Part shown: positions 32,954-42,927 of the stretch, piece by piece
Position numbering within the stretch: the stretch's first letter is position 1
Layout: each line of letters begins with the position of its first letter
Source: a virus
IMG/VR virus record: IMGVR_UViG_3300040985_000986
Location: 1-45,762 of that record
Strand: one strand, 5' to 3'
Length of the DNA: 45,762 nucleotides
Program-made: the position numbers and the translations under genes
Notes under the pieces: generated by a model
What the model was told of the DNA's origin: nothing
The model's database searches: none
Seen by the model: the letters and a program-made list of their open reading frames with translations, nothing else

Positions 32954-35900
32954 CTAGTCTCCGAAGGATACACGCGCCGCAAGCGACACGACACTTGCGG
33001 GGAAAGGCTGGGCCTGCCGCACTAGTAGTTGCCCGTCTTCAGTCCACTTACCCGTCACCAAAGTGCGCTTCTCCCCTGTAGCGGGAGAGGCGCCGTCTTG
33101 CGCGTCTGTGACGGGCTGGAGATTGTCTGCGTCTGGGCCCACTGTCAGCCCTGCGGACTCGTAGAGCCGCAGCCAAGCCTTCTCGATGTTCTTTTCGCGG
33201 CCGGTGCCTAGTCCCTCGACCTGCGCCGCTATCGGCAGCGTCTGTAGGTCGCAGACGTATGGCAGCCCTGCGTGCACGTTGAGGCCCGGAGTATCCAGGT
33301 CGAAGTATGCCAAGTCTGGGTTCTGCACGTCCACTGACGGGGTCGCCGCCGGCGCAACCGCGGAGTCTGCGACAACGGAGCAAACTGTGCCTGCTAGCCA
33401 CGCGGGCGTGTAGACGCGCTTGCTTGCGAAGCGCCATCTGTCATACCAAAATGTGTAGCCGATTAAGTCGACCCCTATGGTGTCGAGTAACTTGCCGGAT
33501 ACGAAGGCGTTGTTGGTGAATCCGGTGATCAGCACCCGGAAAGTCCAAAGCGCATCGGAGGGGCCCCCGCTGATGTGGACCTCCTTGCCAACGTCCTGGG
33601 GGTCGAAGGCGACTTGGGTGTTCGTGTTGTCGGTGTTGCGCCCTTGGAGGGTCACATCGGCGCCCGCTGAAGAGCCGGCAGACGAGTCAAGGCGTATTCT
33701 GGTGTTGTAAGGCGGAAGCTGCGTCGTGTAGGTCGAAGTGTGCGCGTCGAGGCAGGCAGCCTGTTTGACGTCGGAGATGCTGAACTCTTGGATGCGCTCC
33801 ACCGTGTGGTGAACAGAGCCGTCGATGCCCCTGCGATTCACGGCAGCGTAGACCACGTCTTCGTCACCCTCGGGCACAACGGCGATCGAATCGAAAGTGC
33901 CGGCTGTCTCGTGCTGGTGCCACCCTTCGACCTTCTCCTCGGGCACAAACGTCATGCCGAGCAACTTACCGCTCGACGAACACGCCCACACGCAAGGGAA
34001 CGGCGCCTTGCCTGCCCCGAAGTCTGTTACCGTGAAATCGTCGAACAGATGCGGGGCCCGTAGGCTGACGCTCAGTGACTCGAACGCGGCGCGACGCGCT
34101 TCGTAAGCGAGCTTGCGGACGTGCCCTCCGCGCGCTGCGCAGTATACGATGTGATTCGAAAGCGCAGCCGGCTGCGCATGGTTAGCCCCGTCGTAGCCTT
34201 CTTGCCTTGCGAAGATGGTAGCAGGTGTCAGCGCGCCGTCATCGGCCGCGCGCACGCGGAACTCACCAGACAACGTCAGCAGGACCAGGTCGCGCATGCC
34301 GACGATATGGCGGACTGTCTGCGCTTGGTTCGAGGCGAGCGTGAACTTCAGCCTGTTGTCAGCCTGCACAGGTAGCGTGTAGGTGAAGTTGGTGTCAAAG
34401 CCCGTTTTCGACCCCCAGACCGTCTGAGGCCGTGCCGTGGTGGACGCCAAGAACATCCGCTGCTCGTGCCCTCCAACAGCGGACGGGTAGTTCGTCCCAG
34501 TGATCGAAGTATCAAGGAGCGGAGGCGTGCGCCCCAGATCGGGCGCGATGTTGTTGTCCACAAACCTCATGATGCCGGTGGTGGTCTCGTCGATCACTGC
34601 GTCGCCGATGTAGCCGAACAGGCCGTTCTCCTTCTTGTATATCCGGTAGCGGTCTTTCGCGTCAGGCGCGTTATAGCTCGTCACTGCGATTGTGTTAGAT
34701 GCGCCGGCGACCTCTAGGACATTTTTGAATCTGAACTCGGTTTCGTCGGGAGGCAACGACTCATCGCCCTCCTTGTTGACAAGGGTCGCCGTGTATTCTT
34801 GCGTCGTGTCAGCGCTTGAACTGCTATACACCCACTTGGCCGATAGATTAGTTGCTGCGACCGTCGGACCAGGCCAAAAGACATTCCCTTTTAGATCGCC
34901 AAGCTGCATTTTGCCCGAAACTGTGCCCGCTGTGCTATTTGACGATAAGCAAACGTAGTATTGGTCTACTCGAAACTTGCGCTCCCAAAGTGCCATCCCC
35001 GCCGGGGCGCCGCCCGTGCTAGGGTCCACGAGCAATGGGAGTTGATTTTGTAGCGCAGGGGAGCCCATCGCGCCGAGCTCCTCTACAAAGATGACGTCGC
35101 CCGGCGCAGCGACCAAATTGGAGGCTCCGGCAGGGAGTTCGAAATCGAACAACGTTCCTGCTGTCCCTGTGGACCCTATGAACGAGTTCTGCACGCCTCT
35201 TGCGGACGAGGAGTCGGCGGTAGATATGGCGGGCACCGTAACCGACGCGTCCACCGTGACTCTGCTGGCGATCCATGTCGTGGCCCCGCCGCGTATGATC
35301 TCCACCAGCGGGTAGGTGCCTGTGTTGTTCGCTATAGTCAGCACGTCACCGTTCTGACGCCATACCAACTTATCCAGGTCGGCTTGTGCGTAGCTCACTG
35401 GCAGTCGGATCTCTAGCGAGCCGTCGTCAGGTTGCCTGTGCCACCCCGCGGCCGTGGGGGCTGTGCCCCCGGCCGTGACAGACTCAGCGGCGTGGTAGAC
35501 CCCTTGGTCAAGTGCTACTGAGCCCTCCCAGTAGACGAGACTACCGGCCTCGTAGTTTGTAGCCGCATCCCACGCAGGGGGTAGGTCGGCTGCCTTGAAG
35601 GTGCGTAGATACCCAACGAAGTCTTCGGCGAAGCCGATCGATACCAGGCCCGTCGCCGACTGCCCGGTGTATAACTGAAAGCGACGCGTCGTGAAGCCGC
35701 CCCCCGGGCCGTTCACGTAGTATGACTCCGTGCCGAAGACCCCCCAGGGTAGGTCGCCGCCGGCTGAGACAAGCACCTTGACGAGGGTGTCACCGTCATA
35801 GTAGTGGCGCCTTCTACCGGTCAAAGTATTGGCGGTTGCGTTGACGGCGATGGTCACGGTCCCCAACTCGAAAGGAACTGCCCAGCGCAGAGCGACGCCC

Positions 35901-36193
35901 CGCGTGAAGAAACGCACAACTGTCTCGCCAGCTTTGTTGCGGCTGACGGCGGCGACTAGACTCTGACCCGTAGAGTAGATAAACGGGATGAGCCGCGGCG
36001 CGCTATGAGACCAGCCCCCCAACGTCGCGACCCACCGCAACCCTGGCCGTGTGCGGGCCGGCCCTTGGGGTTTGACCACCCAGTTTTTCAGTTGTGCAGC
36101 GCCCGATCGATACTGCGCCAGGTCGGGCCTGCCGTAGAGCTCAGGGGATATCTCACCACCGGCAAAAGAAAGCTGCACTGTGCGTGTGTTCAT
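32954..36193 (-). CDS. Tail tubular protein B / nozzle-like protein (1,079 aa).
   Basis: The N-terminus LSFAGGEISPELYGRPDLAQYRSGAAQLKNWVVKPQGPARTRPG parallels the T7 gp12-type opening (...LKGGISQQP...RYPDQG...NGW...GLQKRPP). It directly follows the adaptor gene. Confidence 0.7.
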   Translation of the reverse strand: MNTRTVQLSFAGGEISPELYGRPDLAQYRSGAAQLKNWVVKPQGPARTRPGLRWVATLGGWSHSAPRLIPFIYSTGQSLVAAVSRNKAGETVVRFFTRGVALRWAVPFELGTVTIAVNATANTLTGRRRHYYDGDTLVKVLVSAGGDLPWGVFGTESYYVNGPGGGFTTRRFQLYTGQSATGLVSIGFAEDFVGYLRTFKAADLPPAWDAATNYEAGSLVYWEGSVALDQGVYHAAESVTAGGTAPTAAGWHRQPDDGSLEIRLPVSYAQADLDKLVWRQNGDVLTIANNTGTYPLVEIIRGGATTWIASRVTVDASVTVPAISTADSSSARGVQNSFIGSTGTAGTLFDFELPAGASNLVAAPGDVIFVEELGAMGSPALQNQLPLLVDPSTGGAPAGMALWERKFRVDQYYVCLSSNSTAGTVSGKMQLGDLKGNVFWPGPTVAATNLSAKWVYSSSSADTTQEYTATLVNKEGDESLPPDETEFRFKNVLEVAGASNTIAVTSYNAPDAKDRYRIYKKENGLFGYIGDAVIDETTTGIMRFVDNNIAPDLGRTPPLLDTSITGTNYPSAVGGHEQRMFLASTTARPQTVWGSKTGFDTNFTYTLPVQADNRLKFTLASNQAQTVRHIVGMRDLVLLTLSGEFRVRAADDGALTPATIFARQEGYDGANHAQPAALSNHIVYCAARGGHVRKLAYEARRAAFESLSVSLRAPHLFDDFTVTDFGAGKAPFPCVWACSSSGKLLGMTFVPEEKVEGWHQHETAGTFDSIAVVPEGDEDVVYAAVNRRGIDGSVHHTVERIQEFSISDVKQAACLDAHTSTYTTQLPPYNTRIRLDSSAGSSAGADVTLQGRNTDNTNTQVAFDPQDVGKEVHISGGPSDALWTFRVLITGFTNNAFVSGKLLDTIGVDLIGYTFWYDRWRFASKRVYTPAWLAGTVCSVVADSAVAPAATPSVDVQNPDLAYFDLDTPGLNVHAGLPYVCDLQTLPIAAQVEGLGTGREKNIEKAWLRLYESAGLTVGPDADNLQPVTDAQDGASPATGEKRTLVTGKWTEDGQLLVRQAQPFPASVVSLAARVSFGD

Positions 36194-39100
36194 CGACGAT
36201 ACGAGCCGGGGTTGCTGCGGTGGCGCAAGAAGGTTGGGACGTGGTTGCTGATGTCGACGTCGCGCTTGTTGTCGCTGTCGTGCTTGGTCGCTGTCCGCAA
36301 CGCGCGCTCGGCCATCTCAGTCGCCGCGAGAGCTTTCTTCGACCCCTCTTCGCCCTTGAGGATGGCGCCAGCCAGATGGAACACTAGGCGCCACGCGAGG
36401 GCGGACGTGAACGTCGTGCTCCACTTGGTCGGGTCCGTAACCTTCGCCACGTAAAGCATCAGCGCTTCGTCAAGATCGGTCAGCACCATCCGATCGCCGT
36501 TGTCGTCAAGCTCGACCGTGTATTCGTGCTGCCCCGTGGTGCCCATCGTCTTGTAGTTGTAGCTGACGTCGGAGCGCACGAGCCCAAGCACCGACGCAAT
36601 GCCCTCGGGGTAGTCGTATGCGTATTTGTAATCTACGCGCGGTGACGCCGAACGCTTCGTCGGCTTGATCGAACGAAGCGCAAAGTCCCACGCATGGCGT
36701 TCGAGGAGCTCGTCACGCGCTAACGGCAGGAACTGCCTGCACAACTCGGCCTCGCGGGACGTATCGGTGTCGACGTTAACCATCCGCCCAGGCTCTCCCA
36801 GGTAGGACAAGGCCATGTTGCAGACTTCGGTTTCGTTGTATCCGCTACGTTCCAGTGCTTTGTAAGCGACGAACGCACGCTTACCTAGCGTGTCCATCTC
36901 GGCGCCGTGGTAGTGCAGGCCGTCCGCCGTAGGGTTGCCTTCGGAGGTGTCGCGCTCTGCGTGCACTTCCAAGTCAGTGCCGACTAGCGAGCGACTATAC
37001 GGATCCGCCTGAGCTTCCGCCTCGATGGCCGCGTTGACCGTCTTGGCGTATGGCCACACGTTAAGTGATTCGTTGATCGTGGCGTGCAACCACTTAATCC
37101 GCTCGGCTTTGATCGGCGACAGGCCCCTGTCGTAAAGGGCTTGGCGCACAGCCAGCTTGAGCCGGTTCAAGTTCTGCCTATACGTTGTCGACGTGTATTC
37201 TTCCGTCGCGTCCGCTTCGCCCTGGTTGAAGTGCACGACAACATCTTTGACCGTGGAACCCTCCTCCGTCAGCGCCAGTTTGACGCCGTCGAGCGTGTCC
37301 TCCAGGCGTGCGAAGCAGCCGTTGTCTTCACCGGGCGCCCAGCTGATCTGCTGGTCGGGGTCGTGCCAGCCGAACGAGGAGCGGCCATCGCCCGCTTGGT
37401 GCACTTCCCTGTGCGCTATGGAGGTGTTGCCGAAAGCCAGAGGGACGAAGAGCGTCCGGCGGCCGGTGTAGTTGTATAGGTCAAACGATAACTGCACCCC
37501 CGCAGTGACACCCGACGCCTGCTGCGCTGTCTCTTCGCCATAGAACGAACCTGCAACGTAACCGTCGAAAGGCATGTAGCGCCGGGGTATGGCGAACTGG
37601 CTGGGGTAGTTGAACCCCGGCGGGTGCGGGTTGAACCCGTTGTCGTTGTCGACAGTCTCCGCGTAGTGCAACCCGCTGCCCTCCTCGCCTGTTCTTTGCA
37701 GGGCTGCACCGCCGTAGGTGGCGGCGATATTGAAGGCGCTCCCCACAGCTAAAGCTGAGTAGTAGGTTTTACCCGGCGTGAGGCCGTTAGGTAGAGTGCC
37801 CGTAGTGTAGAAGCGAACCGATGTCCTGTCGGGCGCGAACATCCCCAGCACAACGATATTGCCTTGGGTTGGTGTGACAGCCCATGTCACGGTAACGGGC
37901 GCCGGGCCAGCTTCGCGGCTCCCGCGAGCTAACCCCTCGAAGGGTGCCCAAGGAAGCAGCTGGCAGAACTTCCTGAACGGGCGTTCCTGGTCGCCTACTG
38001 GAGTGGGCTCCAGCACGAAGATGTCGTTCTTCTGGGGCTCCGCCGTCCAGGCACCATCGTAGTGAACTTTCGCGAGCCCTGTCGAGGCATAAGTGACGTG
38101 AGTCCCGTGCTTCCACTGCCCTTGGTTAGCGCCCGACGCACACCGCAGGCGTAACCCTGACACTGACCCAGCAAACCGTTCCGTCTCGGCGAGCGTCACA
38201 ACACCTAGGGTCGGGACCGCGATATTCTTCCAGTCGGCGCCGCCGCGCTCGGAAGAAACCAGCCAACCTACATATGCGTTGATGCGCTCTATCGAAGGGG
38301 AGTCCCCGACAGTTGTCACCCATGTGATGGTGAGGGCAGTTCCGCCTTTATCCGTTGCGAGACGCAAACGCTCGCTGCCAGTGACTGATGTGTCGACTTC
38401 CACGACGTAATAGTCACCCGCCGGGAGGTTTGTCGGAGGAAAACCTTGAGTCGGGCCGTAGCTAACGCGCACCTGCTCGCCCACGGCAAACTCTTGCGGG
38501 GTGGACACGACAACGTAATTATTGAGAGTTTGCCCTGACGTTAGCGCCGGAGGGACGACAGGCGCCAGCTGTCGCGTGGGCCATAAAGTTCCAGTCACGT
38601 AAGGAACCGTCCACTCCCCAGTGCCGCTTGTGGGCGCGGCCGTTAGCTGGATGGCAGTCCCCGCATTCGCGTCAGCGAGCGAGGCGGCTACTTTGAACTC
38701 GGTGTCACTGACGCGAATAGCGAAATACGCTGTGCTCGCGGTTAAACCTCCGGGCACCTTTGCAACGTCCTCACTAGATTTCAAAGGCGAACCCGTCACC
38801 AAGTTATGGTTCGCGCTAGCCGTAACCGTCGAGCGAATGACCGAATGGGTTCCGCTACCCCCCGCGGAACTGAAATCTTGGAGAGCGCCAGTTGATGCAA
38901 CTGAAAGATTAAAACTATTGAGGCGGCGAATTGTGTGTGTGCCACTACCGCTAGTGGAACCATCAAACACGATATAAGTGCCACTGCCGGATACAGCCTG
39001 AAGTGCAATGCCATACTCCAAAATGCCGCTGCCGCCAGGGGCAACTGGGCTGGTGTAGTAGGTCGTGTTCTCGTCTAGTCCAGTCGGCAACCCCCCTGAA

Positions 39101-40470
39101 CCTGCGACCAGCCGCACTGGCTCGTCAAGCATATACACTTGGTCAGCCGTTGACGAGCCTAGCGCGATGTATCCTGCCGAGGTTGCGGCTATGAACTTGG
39201 CGTTTGCCACATCCTTGCGGACGTTGCGTGCGTAGTAAGTAGTTGCTGTCGAGAGAGGGGTGGGCAGACTTACTGTAGTGGTAAGGCGGACAGGCTCGGC
39301 GTTCTGTATTGGGGTCTCTGTGCCGAAAGTTGCCACTCCGTCGCTAGACGATGGGGCGGCGCCCCATGTGCTGTTGGCCCCCGTGTATTCCATGTCGACA
39401 CCCACAACAGTCGCCGGTATTGCCGAATCCCCGCTAACTCCGCGGCCTCCCCGGAGAGGGCTATCTGAAGGCACAAACCATCGGTAGCCGCTAGTCGCGG
39501 TAGTCAACTCTTTGGCGGAGAGTGTCACCGCAGGGTTGTTGTTAACGAAACCGCCGAGAAATGCGTCGAACACTAGGGGGCTTTCCGTGCTCCCCGCATT
39601 ATGCTGGAGTTGCAAGGGGACCGTGAACTCTTCCTCGTCGCTTTGCGCGGGGTTGAAAGGGGGGTCGACAACTAGCCGAGCACCGCCGCTGGCCTGACTC
39701 CAACTAGCGATCCCGAGCCCAGTGGGCGCGTAAGTGTGGGTAGAGCCTGTGCGCTTGCGCGTGATTAACGAAGGGGCGTCGAGGTCGTTGACCTTCCACG
39801 CGTAGAGCGTGCCACTGGTCGCGGAGATGTCAACCGCAGCGCCTTCGGGCCAAGTCTCGATGTTGAACGTGCTGGCGGTAACGGCGGTGACTCTGAAAGG
39901 CCCCGAACTGGGCAGCCCCAAGTTCGTGAAGTAAGAACCGAAGACCACAATGTCGTTGACATCGAAGACGTGAGTCGAGTTCGTCGTTATGGTGCTGCCG
40001 GTGGCACTTACACCCTGCGCGGACTGGCGACCCTGTTGGACGATGAAGTTCGTCGAGAACTCCCGTGCGGTGTTAGGCGCCAACGCGTTGGTTGCCGGCA
40101 CGACGTTGTAGGTGCCGGGCCAACTTCGCGCGTGCCCCGATGCCGTCTGCAACGTGCCGATAGGGTTGTAGAACGTCGCGACGCGAACAGCATCGACAGC
40201 CACGCCGCGGAGGTTGACAGTCTGCCACTGGCCGTTGATAGCAGCCCCCATCTCAGTTCCGACGTCACCTACCTGCGGCCCGCCTTTGAAGGTCGCGGCA
40301 AGGGTAAAGTCGTCGCGGTATGAGCCGGTGCTGAACTGCTTCACTCCCGAGCGTGCAGTGTTAGGCGACCTGATCGCGATCTGTGGGTGTTTGTCTTCCC
40401 ACCCTTGGATGTCGCCGACTGGTGATGCGTTCGACTGCCCGATCTCAAGAACTAGCGTATATTCAACCAT
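36190..40470 (-). CDS. Fusion protein (1,426 aa): SGNH/SASA-type esterase blocks split by a roughly 1,000-aa fibre-repeat region, with a C-terminal T7 gp11-like tail adaptor domain.
   Basis: Block I LVLEIGQSNA (40426..40440), block II-like LAFGNTSIA, block III HFNQGEADA (about 37207..37230), block V DGLHYHG (36904..36924). The C-terminus NMALSYLGEPGRMVNVDTDTSREAELCRQFLPLARDELLERHAWDFA resembles tail tubular protein A. Confidence 0.7.
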   Translation of the reverse strand: MVEYTLVLEIGQSNASPVGDIQGWEDKHPQIAIRSPNTARSGVKQFSTGSYRDDFTLAATFKGGPQVGDVGTEMGAAINGQWQTVNLRGVAVDAVRVATFYNPIGTLQTASGHARSWPGTYNVVPATNALAPNTAREFSTNFIVQQGRQSAQGVSATGSTITTNSTHVFDVNDIVVFGSYFTNLGLPSSGPFRVTAVTASTFNIETWPEGAAVDISATSGTLYAWKVNDLDAPSLITRKRTGSTHTYAPTGLGIASWSQASGGARLVVDPPFNPAQSDEEEFTVPLQLQHNAGSTESPLVFDAFLGGFVNNNPAVTLSAKELTTATSGYRWFVPSDSPLRGGRGVSGDSAIPATVVGVDMEYTGANSTWGAAPSSSDGVATFGTETPIQNAEPVRLTTTVSLPTPLSTATTYYARNVRKDVANAKFIAATSAGYIALGSSTADQVYMLDEPVRLVAGSGGLPTGLDENTTYYTSPVAPGGSGILEYGIALQAVSGSGTYIVFDGSTSGSGTHTIRRLNSFNLSVASTGALQDFSSAGGSGTHSVIRSTVTASANHNLVTGSPLKSSEDVAKVPGGLTASTAYFAIRVSDTEFKVAASLADANAGTAIQLTAAPTSGTGEWTVPYVTGTLWPTRQLAPVVPPALTSGQTLNNYVVVSTPQEFAVGEQVRVSYGPTQGFPPTNLPAGDYYVVEVDTSVTGSERLRLATDKGGTALTITWVTTVGDSPSIERINAYVGWLVSSERGGADWKNIAVPTLGVVTLAETERFAGSVSGLRLRCASGANQGQWKHGTHVTYASTGLAKVHYDGAWTAEPQKNDIFVLEPTPVGDQERPFRKFCQLLPWAPFEGLARGSREAGPAPVTVTWAVTPTQGNIVVLGMFAPDRTSVRFYTTGTLPNGLTPGKTYYSALAVGSAFNIAATYGGAALQRTGEEGSGLHYAETVDNDNGFNPHPPGFNYPSQFAIPRRYMPFDGYVAGSFYGEETAQQASGVTAGVQLSFDLYNYTGRRTLFVPLAFGNTSIAHREVHQAGDGRSSFGWHDPDQQISWAPGEDNGCFARLEDTLDGVKLALTEEGSTVKDVVVHFNQGEADATEEYTSTTYRQNLNRLKLAVRQALYDRGLSPIKAERIKWLHATINESLNVWPYAKTVNAAIEAEAQADPYSRSLVGTDLEVHAERDTSEGNPTADGLHYHGAEMDTLGKRAFVAYKALERSGYNETEVCNMALSYLGEPGRMVNVDTDTSREAELCRQFLPLARDELLERHAWDFALRSIKPTKRSASPRVDYKYAYDYPEGIASVLGLVRSDVSYNYKTMGTTGQHEYTVELDDNGDRMVLTDLDEALMLYVAKVTDPTKWSTTFTSALAWRLVFHLAGAILKGEEGSKKALAATEMAERALRTATKHDSDNKRDVDISNHVPTFLRHRSNPGSYRR

Positions 40471-40484
40471 GGTGCTCTCTATGT

Positions 40485-40518
40485 AAAAGCCCCACCCCCG
40501 CGTGGGCGGTGGCGGGGC
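40485..40518 (-). terminator. Rho-independent terminator candidate after the capsid/decoration block.
   Basis: The minus strand reads GCCCCGCCACCGC-CCAC-GCGGGGGTGGGGC (13 stem positions with one mismatch and one G-U pair, tetraloop) followed by TTTT. The placement is analogous to T7 Tphi after the capsid gene. Confidence 0.5.
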
Positions 40519-40555
40519 GTCGACCTGCTAGCGTCCCTCTCTGAAGCTGTCGTCC

Positions 40556-40768
40556 CTACAGCAGGTCGTCGATACCATCGTCAACCGCTGCCACGTCTCG
40601 GGGCACGCTCGATTGGATTGGCGACGTGTCGCCAGCTTCCAGTTCGAGAAACACGTCGGGGTTGGGCTCCCCTGAATATGCAAACTCTTCGCCCTCCTTG
40701 CGGATGACATGAGCCACATAGGCTTTGCGAAGAGCGCGCACGCGGCGCGACGTGTTCAATTCGACCAT
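40556..40768 (-). CDS. Hypothetical small acidic protein (70 aa).
   Basis: ORF between the second decoration-like gene and the terminator. Confidence 0.5.
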   Translation of the reverse strand: MVELNTSRRVRALRKAYVAHVIRKEGEEFAYSGEPNPDVFLELEAGDTSPIQSSVPRDVAAVDDGIDDLL

Positions 40769-40773
40769 ACGTT

Positions 40774-41262
40774 TTAGCTACTAGTGCTTGCTGGGTAGAT
40801 ACGCGGCCTGGTGCTCGTGTCGAGCGTCAGTTTGGTTGTGAGTGAGCCGCCGCTAAGGGCGCCCTCCCCTACCGTGTATTTCAGCCCGAAGTAGCGGCGA
40901 CCGTTTAACACGCTTGTCGGGTCGCCGTCGTGCGCGTAGATCGTGAAGTCTTCGCCCCATTGGTAAGGACCAAGAGCAAAGAAATACTGCGAGTAGAGCG
41001 TCAGGTTGGTTACCGCCAACATGGGGGCCACGACAATCTCTTGCGCGTTCGTCGTCAGCGCGGCGTTGTCTGCGACAACTCCCGAGACGGTGAGCGTCGC
41101 GCCGCCTCCGAAGTCCGCGCCCACGACCTGCATGTGCAGGAAGAGAGGTGCCCCTTCGCCGATGTCGCGAACGCTCTGCAAGTCGATCACGTTCGTCGAA
41201 TCGGCTGTAGTCGTGATTGCTTGCGCGTCTGACAGGCGCCAGTTGTGTTCAATGTATGCCAT
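40774..41262 (-). CDS. Bbp16-like capsid decoration (cement) protein candidate (162 aa from the ATG at 41262).
   Basis: AITTTADSTNVIDLQSVRDIGEGAPLFLHMQV resembles the Bbp16-type signature (S.N.IDL...RD.G.G..L), from memory. It lies downstream of the capsid gene. Confidence 0.5.
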   Translation of the reverse strand: MAYIEHNWRLSDAQAITTTADSTNVIDLQSVRDIGEGAPLFLHMQVVGADFGGGATLTVSGVVADNAALTTNAQEIVVAPMLAVTNLTLYSQYFFALGPYQWGEDFTIYAHDGDPTSVLNGRRYFGLKYTVGEGALSGGSLTTKLTLDTSTRPRIYPASTSS

Positions 41263-41306
41263 TTGTGGATCCTGTAAGGCGGGCTGCCGAAGCAGCCCGC
41301 TACGGG

Positions 41307-41861
41307 TTAGACGACGAAGCCCGACCGGTGGAAGTGCTTCAGACCTTGGACACCAGTGTCCTTGCCGATCGTCAACCACGCCTGCACTTTGCCCTGCGTG
41401 AAGGCGTTGACGCTGTCAGTGTTGCTCGCCTTCAGCGAGATGAACTTGCCTAGAACCGAGCCGTCCAAGTCGACCTCTAGCGGACGCAACGCGATCAAGA
41501 CCGCGTTGGCCACCCCAGGTAGCAAGATGCCGACATCGGATGCCGCGCCGTCCGCTACGGTTAGATCCGCGCAACTGAACGCCTGCGTCTCGCCGATGCG
41601 AGTCGGGTTGGTGCCTGCGTTATCGTCGGCCAAGAGAACGTCAAAGCGCACGTCGGCGGCATTACCGCCGGCGGAGGTGAACGTCTCAACGACGTTGAGC
41701 GCTACCCACAGGTCCATGCCGCCGCCGATGTCGTCCCACGACTGTGTGTCGGTAGGGAGTGTGATCGCGTCGGGCGCGTAGGCGGTGCCACTGGCAGCGA
41801 GCGCCCCGAGATCCCAGTCGGATGACCGGGTAAAGTTTAAGTGATGGTCACGTATTGCCAT
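41307..41861 (-). CDS. Second possible capsid-associated protein (184 aa from the ATG at 41861).
   Basis: Strong RBS AGGAGG 6 nt before the ATG at 41861. Immediately follows the capsid gene. Its composition is similar to the next gene. Confidence 0.5.
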   Translation of the reverse strand: MAIRDHHLNFTRSSDWDLGALAASGTAYAPDAITLPTDTQSWDDIGGGMDLWVALNVVETFTSAGGNAADVRFDVLLADDNAGTNPTRIGETQAFSCADLTVADGAASDVGILLPGVANAVLIALRPLEVDLDGSVLGKFISLKASNTDSVNAFTQGKVQAWLTIGKDTGVQGLKHFHRSGFVV

Positions 41862-41871
41862 TTCATTCCTC

Positions 41872-42921
41872 CTAGGAAACCACGTCTTCAGTGTTGAGGA
41901 TCGCGTCGCAGCGACGGATCGGGATGCCCATGAAGGACAAGTATTGGCGCGCCGTGCCGTAGCTCGACAAACCCTGCTCAATCGTCAGGACTGAGGACTG
42001 CTTCTCCATCGCCATACGCGACAGTGAGGAGTGGACGGTGCGGTTCATGTAGAACGCCGGCTTGCACATGCCCAGGTTCGGAACGCGATAGATCGCTTCG
42101 GCCATCTGATGGATGACGTTGCTGGTGTAGGCGTTCAACGCCTGCCCGCCGGTGAAGCCAGCGAGGTCGTCGACCTTGATGTTGCAGATGCGCGCGGCGT
42201 AGCGCCAATCCTTCACGACCAAGCCCATCTTCCAGCAGAACCAGTCGACGAGCGCCTGCATCTTGCCGGTGTAGGTGCCGGTGCCGTCAGCGGCGGAGAA
42301 GACGTCGACAGATTGCTCGCCGAGATCCTTCTGCTCCAGGCCGGCGGAGCTCCCCTTCGGGAACACAAAGTGACAGGTCTCGTCAGACCAACCGATCAGG
42401 TAGATCGAAGTCTGCGCACCGGTGCCGGTGCCGGCGCAGCTGAAGATGTTCTGTGCATTACCTGCGGACAGCGAACTGTAGCGCGGGGCGATGCCCATGA
42501 ACTTCTCAGGGTTGGCGGCCGTGTTCCCGTAGAACATCGTGGTCGCCATCTCTTGGTTCATGGCTTCGAGGCGCATGCGCGCTTCCGACAGGCGCAAAGC
42601 GCGCTCATCGTCTTCGAGGCTGGCGAGAGCAATGTCGACTTCGGAGCGCGACTCCAGCATGCCGATGCCTTCATCGATCTGTGCGGTCGTGCCGTGGCTC
42701 GGGTAGACGCCTTGGTTAACCTGGCGCCAGTAGACGTCAGGCAGACCAGTCGCGACCGTCACCCGGTGAGAGGTGGGGCCATTGGCCATCTTGAAGACGC
42801 CGTCGTCGAGAATCTCGTTCGACTGCGATAGAATGTTCGCGATGTCGGCCATTGAGCCGTTCGGATCGCGACGCTTGGCCCAGTCGGCCAAAGTGAGGTT
42901 CGTGGTTGGAAGAGTTGCCAT
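41872..42921 (-). CDS. Major capsid protein (349 aa).
   Basis: Size, position after the scaffold gene, and conserved-looking segments (LADWAKRRDPNG, FYGN...PEKFMGIAPRY, SIYLIGW, DWRYAARICNI, FYMNR) recalled from podovirus major capsid proteins. Confidence 0.85.
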   Translation of the reverse strand: MATLPTTNLTLADWAKRRDPNGSMADIANILSQSNEILDDGVFKMANGPTSHRVTVATGLPDVYWRQVNQGVYPSHGTTAQIDEGIGMLESRSEVDIALASLEDDERALRLSEARMRLEAMNQEMATTMFYGNTAANPEKFMGIAPRYSSLSAGNAQNIFSCAGTGTGAQTSIYLIGWSDETCHFVFPKGSSAGLEQKDLGEQSVDVFSAADGTGTYTGKMQALVDWFCWKMGLVVKDWRYAARICNIKVDDLAGFTGGQALNAYTSNVIHQMAEAIYRVPNLGMCKPAFYMNRTVHSSLSRMAMEKQSSVLTIEQGLSSYGTARQYLSFMGIPIRRCDAILNTEDVVS

Positions 42922-42927
42922 AGCTGC

